From the sequence record SRR31156797_4018: 64,000 nucleotides of DNA. One strand, 5' to 3'. Every line of letters starts with the position of its first letter. Position 1 is the first letter of the stretch. A model generated the notes under the pieces. It was not told the origin of the DNA. It saw only the letters and a list, made by a program, of their open reading frames with translations, and did not search any database. The position numbers and the translations under genes were made by a program. Of this stretch, positions 20,164 through 30,087 are shown in pieces.

Positions 20164-21300
20164 ATGCGCATTGCTGTAAATGTACGTTTGCTTTTAAAAG
20201 ACAGATTAGAGGGAATTGGATGGTTTACTTTTGAAAATCTCAAAAGAATTACACAAGCACACCCTGAGCATGAGTTTCTGTTCATATTCGATCGACCTTA
20301 CGATAAATCATTCATATTCAGCGAAAATATCACACCAATAGTTGTTGGATTGCCAACGCGACATGCCTTTTTGCACATGTTTTGGTTCGAAATACAAATC
20401 CCGCGCATTCTCAAAAAATACAAAGCTGATATTTTCCTTTCACCAGATGGTTTTTTATCCCTCAAAACCAAAGTGCCTCAAATTGGAGTAATTCATGATA
20501 TCAACTTTGCCCACAGACCACAAGACATTCCTGGATTATATCGCAAATATTACAATTACTATTTTCCACGTTTTGCCAAAATAGCCAAACGTCTGGCCAC
20601 AGTTTCAGAATACTCAAAAAATGATATTGCCACCACATATGGAATCGACAAATCAAAAATAGACGTGGTATACAATGGTGCAAATGAAATGTATGTGCCA
20701 ATAAGTGAGGATGAACAAATAAAAACAAGAACACAATTCAGTGATGGCAAACCCTATTTCCTTTTTGTGGGAGCTTTCAGCGCACGTAAAAACATCCACA
20801 ACCTTCTCAAAGCATTTGACCAATTTAAAGCCAACGACAAGCTAGGATTTAAAATAGTTTTAGTTGGTAAACCACTATTCCGAAACGATGACATCAGCAT
20901 TACTCACCAAAACATGCAGTATAAAAACGATGTGCTGTTTTTAGGACGCCAAAACCCGGAAAACCTACACAGACTTTTAGCATCTGCGCACGCATTAACA
21001 TTTGTTCCATTTTTCGAAGGATTTGGTATCCCCGTAGCAGAAGCTATTCAATGTCACACACCTGCCATTTGCAGTAATGTAACTTCAGTACCCGAAGTTG
21101 GTCTAAAGGCCGCACTCTACGTGGATCCGACTAAAGTTGATGAAATAAGCGAAGCCATGTTGAAAATAAGCACAGACAACACCCTTCGCACTGAATTAAT
21201 CGAACATGCCAAGGCACAATCGGGCATTTTCACATGGGATAAATCAGCAGAGAGGTTGTGGGGAACGATTGAAACGGTGATGAAGGAAATTAATGGTTAA
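20164..21300 (+). CDS. GT4-family glycosyltransferase (mannosyltransferase-like)
   Basis: MRIAVNVRLL start, IHD, RKN, FEGFGIPVAEA. Confidence 0.9.
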   Translation: MRIAVNVRLLLKDRLEGIGWFTFENLKRITQAHPEHEFLFIFDRPYDKSFIFSENITPIVVGLPTRHAFLHMFWFEIQIPRILKKYKADIFLSPDGFLSLKTKVPQIGVIHDINFAHRPQDIPGLYRKYYNYYFPRFAKIAKRLATVSEYSKNDIATTYGIDKSKIDVVYNGANEMYVPISEDEQIKTRTQFSDGKPYFLFVGAFSARKNIHNLLKAFDQFKANDKLGFKIVLVGKPLFRNDDISITHQNMQYKNDVLFLGRQNPENLHRLLASAHALTFVPFFEGFGIPVAEAIQCHTPAICSNVTSVPEVGLKAALYVDPTKVDEISEAMLKISTDNTLRTELIEHAKAQSGIFTWDKSAERLWGTIETVMKEING

Positions 21301-21339
21301 TTGTTAATGTTTAATTATCAATGATTAATTATTAAAGAC
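21291..21339 (+). repeat. Degenerate heptamer tandem array spanning the GT4 stop
   Basis: TAATGGT TAATTGT TAATGTT TAATTAT CAATGAT TAATTAT TAAAGAC. Confidence 0.6.
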
Positions 21340-21558
21340 AAATTCACTTATTAGTAAACACAAATCTAAAAATCTAATAAACCTCTCATAAATATTGATC
21401 CAATAATCACTCAGGTATTAATATTAATACAAGCATTCCTCTGCAATTATTTCCAGACATCTTGATCCTTAATAGTTCCAATAATGGTGAATTCATCCAT
21501 AATAATAGTACTTTTACTTTTCATAAATTACTTTTCAAGATAAATTGAATTGAAATAA

Positions 21559-21822
21559 ATGAGCATATTCACCAACCACCCATATATTACAGCATCGGTT
21601 ATTGCTTTTGTACTCAACATTCCGTTAGGTTACCTTAGAGCAAAATCAAAAAAGTATTCAATACAATGGGTACTGTGGATTCATGCCTCTATTCCAATAA
21701 TAGTATGGTTCAGGGTATCAAATGATCTTGAAAATTGGATAATCGCAGTCAATATTGCACTTGCAATTTTAGGTCAACTCGTGGGTAGCTTTATTCTGCG
21801 CAAAAATATTCAAAAAGGATAA
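21559..21822 (+). CDS. Small hypothetical membrane protein
   Basis: Three hydrophobic segments; NIPLGYLR...KYSIQWVLWIHASIP. Confidence 0.75.
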   Translation: MSIFTNHPYITASVIAFVLNIPLGYLRAKSKKYSIQWVLWIHASIPIIVWFRVSNDLENWIIAVNIALAILGQLVGSFILRKNIQKG

Positions 21823-21927
21823 TCCAATACATATAGAATTCATTCGCACAACTTGTATTTCTTGCTAGAATTTATAGTATTTTTAACAAAACATTCGCAA
21901 TGTAACTTATAAAAAACACAGCAGGCA

Positions 21928-22608
21928 ATGAGAATCCTATTAGTTGAAGATGAAAAAGATTTAGCGGAATCAATTGAAGAGTATCTGGTTAAGAATAAAA
22001 AATATAATTGCGATACGGCCAATAACCTCAATAGTGCCTCTGAATTATGCTCATTGTATGATTATGATTGTGTGCTGGTTGATCTTGGATTACCTGATGG
22101 AAGTGGTCTTGATTTAATAAGGCAACTTAAAAATGAAAACAAAAAAGCGGGCATTATCATCATTTCTGCGCTTGATGAATTAGATAACAGAGTAGAAGGA
22201 TTGGAAATTGGCGCCGATGATTATTTAGTAAAACCATTTCATTTTCCGGAACTCAATGCACGCATTCATAGTTTGATGCGCCGTTTACAATTTGATGGAG
22301 ACAGCCAACTTAAGTTTGGAGACATCACTTTAGACCCTCAAAGTCGGACTGTTAAAGTAAAGGGGGAGCAGGTTGAATTTACAAAAAGCGAATATGATTT
22401 ACTATATTATTTAATCACTAATCGCAACCAGGTAATTTCAAAGACATCAATTGCAGAACATCTTGTGGGAGATCATGTGGATATTTTGATATCATTGGAT
22501 TTTGTATACTTACACATCAAGAACTTACGCAAAAAACTTACGCAGCACGGATGTAATGATTATATTAAAACTGTTTATGGTGTTGGATATAAATTCTCAG
22601 CTGAATAA
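21928..22608 (+). CDS. OmpR/PhoB-family response regulator
   Basis: LLVEDE, DLGLPDGSG, GADDYLVKPF, IKTVYGVGY. Confidence 0.95.
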   Translation: MRILLVEDEKDLAESIEEYLVKNKKYNCDTANNLNSASELCSLYDYDCVLVDLGLPDGSGLDLIRQLKNENKKAGIIIISALDELDNRVEGLEIGADDYLVKPFHFPELNARIHSLMRRLQFDGDSQLKFGDITLDPQSRTVKVKGEQVEFTKSEYDLLYYLITNRNQVISKTSIAEHLVGDHVDILISLDFVYLHIKNLRKKLTQHGCNDYIKTVYGVGYKFSAE

Positions 22609-22641
22609 AGCTCATAACACCAACTAATAATTGCTTAAAAA

Positions 22642-23916
22642 ATGAAACTACTTACCAAAACCAGCCTCATTATTATTACATTAAGCGTTTTCATAATATT
22701 TGGAGGAAATTATCTGTTCTTTCACATTTCAAAGCAAGTTATAAATAACCACATAGACACAGAACTAACAGACCAGATGCATAAAATTCAACATATATTT
22801 GAAACAGAAGGAATACCCAAACACCATATTTTTCTTAACTATGAAGTGCAAATTAAACTTATTGATAAACATAAAGTCTTAAAACCTCATTTCATCGATA
22901 CTGTTTTGCGGAAAGTGGAAAAAGAAGCTTATGTTCCATATCGTGCCCTTAGATTCTCTCATAGTTTAAACCATCAAAATCATCAGGTTACTATATATAA
23001 ATCCTTAGTATCATCTGATAAGTTAGTTCAACAAATCACAATTGCATCTATCATAGTTGTTTTCTTATTTGTGCTTCTAATCTATATTATGAACCGGTAC
23101 ATTTTCGAAAAAGTTTGGTCTGTTTTTTTTAGAAACCTTTCTAAGGTAGAAAACTACGATTTCAAAAATCAAGAGGATATAGAATTGGAAACATCCGAAA
23201 TTGAAGAATTCGACAAGTTGAACAAGGTCCATCAAACGATGGTTAAACGCATTAAAAATGATTTCATAAACTTAAAGGAGCTTACAGCCAATACTTCACA
23301 TGAATTACAAACTCCTTTAGCCATTATTAAAGCTAAATCAGAATTATTACTACAATCAGAAAATCTAAGCGAAAAAGATTTAAAAACAATCAACACAATT
23401 TTAGAAACGATTCAGCGACTTTCAAAGCTAAATCAATCATTGCTATTAGTATCTAAAATTGAAAACAATCAATACGATGAAATTTCCAGTGTGAAAATTC
23501 ATGAAATAATCACGAATTTGATTGAAAACTATGGAATCCTGATCGACGCACGCCAATTTGATCTAAAAGTGGATACAAAAAATATCTGCGTAAACATGAA
23601 TTCTGTGTTAGCGGATGTGTTATTATCAAATTTGATAAAAAATGCAATCGTTCATGGTACTGAAAAGGGAAAAATTAAAATTATTTTAGAGAAAAATACT
23701 TTAAGGATTTATAATAGCGGAAATCCTTTAAACATACCTAAAGATCAAATCTTTAAAAGATTTGTCAAAAGCCCCTCAAACAAGAGTAGTAGCGGAATGG
23801 GACTAGAAATAGTTCATAAAATCTGCTCCCATTATGGTATAAATATTAACTACGAATACCAAAATAATTTACACTGTTTTAGTCTGAATTTCTCTAAAAT
23901 AATGACAGATTGCTAA
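22642..23916 (+). CDS. Sensor histidine kinase
   Basis: Two TM helices; H-box SHELQTPL; N-box NLIKNA; G-box GMGL. Confidence 0.93.
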   Translation: MKLLTKTSLIIITLSVFIIFGGNYLFFHISKQVINNHIDTELTDQMHKIQHIFETEGIPKHHIFLNYEVQIKLIDKHKVLKPHFIDTVLRKVEKEAYVPYRALRFSHSLNHQNHQVTIYKSLVSSDKLVQQITIASIIVVFLFVLLIYIMNRYIFEKVWSVFFRNLSKVENYDFKNQEDIELETSEIEEFDKLNKVHQTMVKRIKNDFINLKELTANTSHELQTPLAIIKAKSELLLQSENLSEKDLKTINTILETIQRLSKLNQSLLLVSKIENNQYDEISSVKIHEIITNLIENYGILIDARQFDLKVDTKNICVNMNSVLADVLLSNLIKNAIVHGTEKGKIKIILEKNTLRIYNSGNPLNIPKDQIFKRFVKSPSNKSSSGMGLEIVHKICSHYGININYEYQNNLHCFSLNFSKIMTDC

Positions 23917-23941
23917 TTTATATTTAGACTAAATTAAAATA

Positions 23942-23974
23942 ACAGATTTTCTACAGAGTTGTAAATTATCTTTA
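23942..23974 (+). promoter_or_regulatory. Candidate OmpR-type direct-repeat site plus -7-like element
   Basis: ACAGA at 23942 and 23953 (11-bp period) followed by TATCTTTA at 23967-74. Confidence 0.4.
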
Positions 23975-23979
23975 CACAA

Positions 23980-24103
23980 GTAAATATTTAAAATAGTTCA
24001 AAACAATTCTGAAGAGATTCAGAATTAAGAAAAAATATAGTTCTTTTCATGAGTCCGTCGATTGTGAGACCCCAAACTCTCTACAAGGCGGGCTTCCTTT
24101 TTT
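23980..24103 (+). ncRNA. Candidate small RNA with two hairpins and a terminator (ends approximate)
   Basis: AATTCTGAA-GAGA-TTCAGAATT hairpin (GNRA loop); long G:U-containing stem 24051-24095 followed by T6; no plus-strand ORF in the track. Confidence 0.5.
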
Positions 24104-24176
24104 ATACAAAACCAACTTCTGTTTATAAATAGTCAATTGATTTTGTTATCTTTTCGGGATAATTAATAATAAGACA

Positions 24177-24620
24177 ATGCAACAATTTTATCCGGCATTT
24201 TTCACATTCCATATCATATTTAGTATTATATTTTTCTCTGTAGCCATTTTTATTTCAATTTATTCATTCAGAGGCTGGAAAAAAAGATTGAAATTTGGTC
24301 GTTTTGAGAATGTTCTACGAAAAACATTTTTGACACTTCTTATTATTGATCTTTTTTTAGGTATTATTCTTTATTTCTTTTTGAAAAAACCTTACGATAC
24401 AATTACTGCACAAGAAGCCATGCGCTATTCAGCCCTCAGGTTTTGGGCAATTCAGCATTTTTCAAATATGGTTTTTGTGGTTATAGTAAGTCTTATTGGT
24501 AATGTTTTCATAAATCGAACCCTATCGCCAGAAAAGAAGCACAAATACGCATTCCTTTATTTTGGCATTTCAACTTTTATCATTCTGGTTTCTGTAGGAG
24601 TATTTGCATTTGGCAAATAA
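24177..24620 (+). CDS. Hypothetical four-TM membrane protein
   Basis: Four hydrophobic helices; LRFWAIQHF motif; 3' end overlaps acr3 by 64 bp. Confidence 0.7.
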   Translation: MQQFYPAFFTFHIIFSIIFFSVAIFISIYSFRGWKKRLKFGRFENVLRKTFLTLLIIDLFLGIILYFFLKKPYDTITAQEAMRYSALRFWAIQHFSNMVFVVIVSLIGNVFINRTLSPEKKHKYAFLYFGISTFIILVSVGVFAFGK

Positions 24621-25651
24621 TAATACTTCTCCTTAAACCTCAAGGCCACACCAACCAATAAAATCAAAACCGGAACTTCAACCAACGGACCAATTACTGC
24701 TGCAAATGCTTCACCTGAGCTTATTCCAAAAACTGCTACAGCTACAGCAATGGCTAATTCAAAGTTGTTACTAGCTGCTGTAAATGATAAAGTGGTTGTT
24801 TTCTTATAATCGGTTCCCATTTTGCGGCTAATGTAGAACGAAACAAAAAACATTACAACAAAATAGATAATTAAAGGGATAGCTACACGAACTACATCCA
24901 TTGGCAATTTCACAATATACTCACCTTTTAATGAGAACATTACAAGAATTGTAAATAAAAGTGCGATTAATGTAAGCGGGCTGATTTTGGGTATAAACTT
25001 TTGTTGATACCACACCTTGCTTTTAATCTTAATCAGTGAATATCGGGTAATCATTCCTGCAAGAAAAGGAATCCCTAAATAAATGAATACACTTTTGGCA
25101 ATCTCACCCATTGTAATATCAACAGCTGTTCCTTTAATTCCGATCGCCTCAGGTAACCATGAAATAAAGAACCAGGCATACACAGAAAAGAATAATACCT
25201 GAAAAATACTGTTAAAGGCTACCAAACCTGCAGCATATTCATTATCACCCTGAGCAAGGTCGTTCCATACAATCACCATTGCAATACATCTGGCCAATCC
25301 AATCAAAATCAAGCCATACATGTAATGAGGATAATCCTGCAAAAAGACAATTGCCAGTATAAACATTAAAACCGGACCAATAACCCAATTCTGAATTAGC
25401 GAAAGAATGAGTACTTTTTTGTTTCTAAACACGTCACCCATCTCTTCGTATTTGACTTTTGCCAAAGGAGGGTACATCATTACAATCAATCCAATAGCAA
25501 TAGGAATATTGGTAGTTCCACTACTCATACTATCCCAAAAGCTGGCCACATCCGGGAAAAAATGACCTGCGCCTACTCCAATGAGCATAGCGGCAAAGAT
25601 CCAAACAGTTAAATAACGATCTAAAAATTTAAGTCTTGGTGTTGATGGCAT
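24557..25651 (-). CDS. acr3: Acr3-family arsenite efflux transporter
   Basis: [46 protein letters not shown]. Confidence 0.96.
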   Translation of the reverse strand: MPSTPRLKFLDRYLTVWIFAAMLIGVGAGHFFPDVASFWDSMSSGTTNIPIAIGLIVMMYPPLAKVKYEEMGDVFRNKKVLILSLIQNWVIGPVLMFILAIVFLQDYPHYMYGLILIGLARCIAMVIVWNDLAQGDNEYAAGLVAFNSIFQVLFFSVYAWFFISWLPEAIGIKGTAVDITMGEIAKSVFIYLGIPFLAGMITRYSLIKIKSKVWYQQKFIPKISPLTLIALLFTILVMFSLKGEYIVKLPMDVVRVAIPLIIYFVVMFFVSFYISRKMGTDYKKTTTLSFTAASNNFELAIAVAVAVFGISSGEAFAAVIGPLVEVPVLILLVGVALRFKEKYYYLPNANTPTETRMIKVEMPK

Positions 25652-25667
25652 GATTCAAAATACTTGA

Positions 25668-26474
25668 TTATTTGTTCGCAAAAACAGTTATGCTGAAAAT
25701 TCCTGTATTACTAGACCTGAACTGCACCAATTCATCTGAGTTCAGATAATTGAGTAAAATTTCATCAGGTAATTCTATTCTCTTTTCTTTTTGAATAGAA
25801 ATATTTTTAAATCCTGTTTGTGATATTATTTCAATATATTCTTCTTTCTGAATTGCACCAGAAACGCACCCTGCATACATTTCAGCACTTTCTTTTAAAT
25901 TCTCTGGCAGACCTCCTACAATCACAATATCTGATACTGAAAAATGCGCATCATTTTTAAGCACGCGGTAAATCTCGCTAAAAGCTTTCTTTTTATCAGG
26001 CACCAAATTCAATACGCAATTACTAACCACAACATCAACAGATTCAGAATCAATAGGCATTTCCTCGATATCTCCTTTTATAAATTCAACATTATCAAAC
26101 CCTAGTTTTGAAACATTTTCATTAGCTTTTAACAGCATTTCATTTGAAAAATCTAATCCAATCACTTTTCCATTTTCTCCGGTTTCTGCTCTGGCAACAA
26201 AGCAATCATTTCCGGCTCCTGATCCTAAATCTAACACTGTATCACCTTGATTTATTTGTGCAAACTCTGTTGGCAATCCACAACCTAAACTTAAATCTGC
26301 ATCTGCGCTATAACCTTTCAAATTATCATAATTATCGCTCATTATGGTGTAATCCACATCACCACAACATCCAGTGCTTCCACAACATGAACCCTGATTT
26401 TGTTCTTTAGATTGATTTGCAATTTTGTCGTATTTCTCTTTTACGATATCTTTTATATTCTTTTCTATTTTCAT
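25668..26474 (-). CDS. arsM: Arsenite S-adenosylmethionine methyltransferase
   Basis: SCCG, LGCGLP, LDLGSGAGND, SNCVLNL, YAGCVSGA. Confidence 0.93.
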   Translation of the reverse strand: MKIEKNIKDIVKEKYDKIANQSKEQNQGSCCGSTGCCGDVDYTIMSDNYDNLKGYSADADLSLGCGLPTEFAQINQGDTVLDLGSGAGNDCFVARAETGENGKVIGLDFSNEMLLKANENVSKLGFDNVEFIKGDIEEMPIDSESVDVVVSNCVLNLVPDKKKAFSEIYRVLKNDAHFSVSDIVIVGGLPENLKESAEMYAGCVSGAIQKEEYIEIISQTGFKNISIQKEKRIELPDEILLNYLNSDELVQFRSSNTGIFSITVFANK

Positions 26475-26509
26475 AATGATATAGATATTTATCGTTAATA
26501 AGCTTTCTG

Positions 26510-26926
26510 TTATTTCAATTTATCACTGTAAAGTTTGAAGAATGCTTCTTTAATCTCATCTCTTACTCTTCTGAATTCATTCCAAATAAATTCATCTGTT
26601 CCTTCGGCAAAAGAAGGATCATCAAAACCAATATGTAATCTGTTCTTAACTTTACCAATAAAAGCTGGACAAACTTCATTTGCCCCTCCACAAACTGTAA
26701 TAACATAATCCCATTCATCATTCAAATACTTTTCTACAGAGTCGGAAGTATGATGACTAATATCTATGCCTATTTCACTCATTACTTTAACAGCTTTTTG
26801 GTTAAGTTTACCTGAAGCTTCAGTTCCAGCTGAATGAACAATTAGTTTTTCATCGTAAGACTGTAAAAAACCGTGCGCCATCTGGCTGCGACATGAATTT
26901 CCCGTACAAAGGATAAGAACTTTCAT
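26510..26926 (-). CDS. arsC: Thioredoxin-dependent arsenate reductase (LMW-PTP fold)
   Basis: CTGNSCRSQMA; VITVC...CP; FDDP. Confidence 0.93.
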   Translation of the reverse strand: MKVLILCTGNSCRSQMAHGFLQSYDEKLIVHSAGTEASGKLNQKAVKVMSEIGIDISHHTSDSVEKYLNDEWDYVITVCGGANEVCPAFIGKVKNRLHIGFDDPSFAEGTDEFIWNEFRRVRDEIKEAFFKLYSDKLK

Positions 26927-26971
26927 TTTTATTTGAATTATGGTTAATCTCTAATCTTTTTTTCTTGGCAC

Positions 26972-27388
26972 TTAACAATTCGAGCAATCTCCATTACAAC
27001 TATGGCAACCACTTCCTGTTCCAATTATACTTTCATATGGTAATCCCTTCTTTTTCCATGCAAACATACCTCCATCAATATTGTAAGCCCGCTCAAAACC
27101 CTGACGGTTAAGCATATTTACAATCTGAGAACTTCGAATTCCTTCTTTGCAAATCACTACCAATATTTTATCTTTTGGTATTTTATTCAAATTCGTCATA
27201 ATGTTTGACAAGGGTTGAAAAACTACATTTTCAGTATCTACTGATTCAATAGCAAATTCATGATCTTCACGCACATCAAGCAAAATAGCTTCTTTTGATT
27301 CAATAATTTTCCATGCATCTTCTGGTAAAATATGCTCAACACCTGCTAAATGAAACTGCTGGATTTTGGGTTTGTTTAGTATCTCCAT
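26972..27388 (-). CDS. Rhodanese-like protein with Cys-rich tail
   Basis: LLDVRE, active loop CKEGIRS, DGGMFAW; C-terminal CHSCNGDCSNC. Confidence 0.88.
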   Translation of the reverse strand: MEILNKPKIQQFHLAGVEHILPEDAWKIIESKEAILLDVREDHEFAIESVDTENVVFQPLSNIMTNLNKIPKDKILVVICKEGIRSSQIVNMLNRQGFERAYNIDGGMFAWKKKGLPYESIIGTGSGCHSCNGDCSNC

Positions 27389-27413
27389 TTTATAAAATTA
27401 TTAATCCTTTAGG

Positions 27414-28733
27414 TTAAAAAAAGTAACCATAAATAAATCCTGATACAGTTGCCATAACTACCACTAAAAGTACATATACAATTGTTTTTTGAGTACCCAT
27501 AACACCACGAATTACAAGCATATTGGGTAGTGACAGTGAAGGGCCAGCTAACAATAAAGCTAATGCAGGACCTTTACCCATCCCGGCTGCCATCAACCCC
27601 TGCAAAATAGGCACTTCAGTAAGTGTAGCAAAATACATGAATGCCCCTACAATTGAGGCATAAAAATTAGATAGTACAGAGTTTCCTCCAACTAAATCAG
27701 CAATCCAATTTTCCGGTATTATACCTGCCATAGCCACATCATCATGCGTAGAACCCAATAAGAAACCGGCAATTAGAACTCCTATGGCTAAAAGAGGCAT
27801 TATTTGCTTTGTAAAATCCCAAGAAGATAGTGTCCATTCGCGATTATCCTCATCATTTTTATCTGTGAGGGTGATTATACTCAATGATGCAATGGCTACC
27901 AAAACAGGCACCAATGGAGATGTAGACAAAAATGCAGATACTGCAGTTGCAACTGCTCCTAGCATCACATATTTCCAATCGAGCTTAAGTATGCTAATCA
28001 ATGAAAACACCAACATTGCACCAAATGCAGAAGTGATGTACCACTTGTTACTCCATATCCAAAACCAGGTACCGCTTTCAATACCTTCAGCAGGTTTACC
28101 CCAATTAGCAAATACAAGTATTAGCACTAAGGTGAAAAAATGAAAAGAGGTTTGCCATAATGGTCTTTTCTCCGGCATTTGAGGAAAATTCATTTGCTCC
28201 TCACGCTTCTCTTTCTCTTCTTTTCTGTAGATCAATGACATTGCTGAACCAATAACAATAGCAAACATTACAGCTCCAATTATTCGGGCTATTCCCATTT
28301 CAATTCCCAGGATACGGGCAGTAAGTATGATTGCTAATATATTTATGGCCGGGCCGGAATATAAAAATGCAACGGCTGGTCCTAAGCCTGCTCCGCGCTT
28401 ATGAATACTTGAGAAAAGTGGTAAAATTGTACAGCTGCACACTGCGAGTATGGTACCAGAAACTGAAGCAACAGTATAAGATAACCACTTCTTAGCCGAA
28501 GCCCCAAAATACTTCATCACTGCTCCCTGACTTACAAACACTGCAATAACTCCAGCAATAAAAAATGCAGGTAGCAAACACAAAATCACATGTTCTTGTG
28601 CGTACCACTTTGCTAAATCAAGCATAGACATTACTGCTTCTTCAAATCGCAGATTCTCTAACGGTAGGAAATACGCAGCAGTAAAAAATGTTATGATCCA
28701 TGCGAGTATTTTAAATTCTTTTTTGTTCTCCAT
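27414..28733 (-). CDS. arsP: ArsP/DUF318-family permease (organoarsenical efflux)
   Basis: VCSCTILP, AFLYSGPAIN, MYFATLTEVP, GPSLSLP; located in an ars cluster. Confidence 0.8.
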   Translation of the reverse strand: MENKKEFKILAWIITFFTAAYFLPLENLRFEEAVMSMLDLAKWYAQEHVILCLLPAFFIAGVIAVFVSQGAVMKYFGASAKKWLSYTVASVSGTILAVCSCTILPLFSSIHKRGAGLGPAVAFLYSGPAINILAIILTARILGIEMGIARIIGAVMFAIVIGSAMSLIYRKEEKEKREEQMNFPQMPEKRPLWQTSFHFFTLVLILVFANWGKPAEGIESGTWFWIWSNKWYITSAFGAMLVFSLISILKLDWKYVMLGAVATAVSAFLSTSPLVPVLVAIASLSIITLTDKNDEDNREWTLSSWDFTKQIMPLLAIGVLIAGFLLGSTHDDVAMAGIIPENWIADLVGGNSVLSNFYASIVGAFMYFATLTEVPILQGLMAAGMGKGPALALLLAGPSLSLPNMLVIRGVMGTQKTIVYVLLVVVMATVSGFIYGYFF

Positions 28734-28751
28734 TATTGTTTTATTTGAACC

Positions 28752-28803
28752 ATTAAGATTAGTTAATAAGTTAATTGAGTTAATTTGTTGATTTGGTTAA
28801 TTA
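28752..28803. repeat. Short-repeat array (GTTAATTGAG type) downstream of the four-helix-bundle gene
   Basis: TAAGTTAATTGAGTT (28767-81) is the exact reverse complement of 29319-33. Confidence 0.75.
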
Positions 28804-29175
28804 AGTTCTGTTTATTTCTTTCTGTTTTTTCAAATAAGAAATATACCCATTTAATAATCTCAAACATTGATTATACAATGTTCGATATTCTCCAAGTTTA
28901 TGCTCAGTGATGTAATTTTCGTCAAATGCACAAATCAAATGATCCAGAGTCTCCATTAGCGATCCTCTTGATTGTCGACAAAACTGGATATTCTCCTGAT
29001 AATGAAACCGTCCATGTCCTTCAGCAATATTTGCTGTTACAGATCTGCTACTTCGGAGAATTTGATCAACTAATTTATACTTCTCCTCCTTTGGAAAGGA
29101 TTTTACCAAATTAGAAATCTCTTTTCTGAATAATCGACAATGCTTATAAAGCTCTAAATCTTCAAAACTTTTCAT
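28801..29175 (-). CDS. Four-helix-bundle protein (23S rRNA intervening-sequence protein / Avd-like family)
   Basis: SFEDLELY, FPKEEKYKLVDQILRSSRSVTANIAEG, SRGSLMET motifs. Confidence 0.93.
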   Translation of the reverse strand: MKSFEDLELYKHCRLFRKEISNLVKSFPKEEKYKLVDQILRSSRSVTANIAEGHGRFHYQENIQFCRQSRGSLMETLDHLICAFDENYITEHKLGEYRTLYNQCLRLLNGYISYLKKQKEINRT

Positions 29176-29317
29176 ACTTGTTTTTTATAAATATTAGTAA
29201 TTAAGTTGAATAAGTAATATATTGACTAGGGTTTCGAAAAACAATCCAAACACAAGTCATCTTCATTCTAAAAAAGAAATTTATATCTTAAATCATTGAA
29301 AATACTTAATACACAGA

Positions 29318-29385
29318 CAACTCAATTAACTTAATTACCTAATAACTCAATTAACTCACTCAACTCAATACTCTCAATTACTAAA
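29318..29385. repeat. Degenerate 8-9-mer array (AACTCAATT) upstream of the four-helix-bundle gene
   Basis: AACTCAATT AACTTAATT ACCTAAT AACTCAATT AACTCACT CAACTCAAT...; abuts the upstream gene stop at 29386. Confidence 0.8.
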
Positions 29386-30087
29386 TCAAAAATTAATAAT
29401 TATCACATAGTAAATTCCTACACCAATAAACACAACCGCAATTACACGCCTAAACCATTTCTCAAAAATTTTAAGACGGTTATAGAAACCTCCAACTCCC
29501 GAAACGGCAAATGCAATTAACCATGCAAAAATAATAACCGGTATCCCTGTAGCAATTGCAAAAACAATGGGTAAATATAATCCTGAAGCGCTGGCAACAG
29601 TCATGGGAATCAACATTCCAAAGTAGACAACTCCACTGTATGGACAAAACGCCAGAGCGAAAATAATTCCCAGCAAAAAGGCATCCAGATATGATTTAGA
29701 TTTTTTCTCCTCAATTCTCTTACCCAGGTTTCCGATGCCAGGTAAATTAAACTTGATTACATCAAGCATAAAAATACCAATCAATATAAGCAATGGACCT
29801 AAAACCTTTTCTCCATATTTTGAAAACCAACCAGATAACTCTAACTGATCAGCACCAAAATAGATAATTAAAGCTAAAACAGTATATGAAAAAGCTCGCC
29901 CAAGTGTGTAGATCAATCCATTTATAAACACCCGCTTCTTATTTTCCACATCTTTGCTAATAAACCCAATGGCTGTAATATTGGTTGCCATAGGACATGG
30001 ACTAATTGCTGTTAAAAGTCCGAGCAAAAAAGCCGTAAAAAGTGGAAAAGAGCTATTACTGACCAGATCAGTTAAAAAAGCCTCCAT
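29386..30087 (-). CDS. CcdA/DsbD-like membrane protein (ArsG-family permease)
   Basis: LLTAISPCPMATN and ALAFCPYSG Cys motifs; ars context. Confidence 0.82.
   Translation of the reverse strand: MEAFLTDLVSNSSFPLFTAFLLGLLTAISPCPMATNITAIGFISKDVENKKRVFINGLIYTLGRAFSYTVLALIIYFGADQLELSGWFSKYGEKVLGPLLILIGIFMLDVIKFNLPGIGNLGKRIEEKKSKSYLDAFLLGIIFALAFCPYSGVVYFGMLIPMTVASASGLYLPIVFAIATGIPVIIFAWLIAFAVSGVGGFYNRLKIFEKWFRRVIAVVFIGVGIYYVIIINF

Noticed and set aside
21841-21899. CATTCGCA direct repeat upstream of the response regulator
   Set aside because: Only two 8-mers 51 bp apart; compatible with chance
23988-24050. Minus-strand 20-codon ORF MKRTIFFLNSESLQNCFELF
   Set aside because: No supporting features; plus-strand G:U stems and U-tract favour an RNA on the other strand, though it is not excluded
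28801-29175. Diversity-generating retroelement suggested by the Avd-like gene
   Set aside because: No reverse transcriptase and no template/variable repeat pair seen in the window
29318-29385. Short repeat arrays as CRISPR
   Set aside because: Units are 7-9 nt with no spacers and no cas genes
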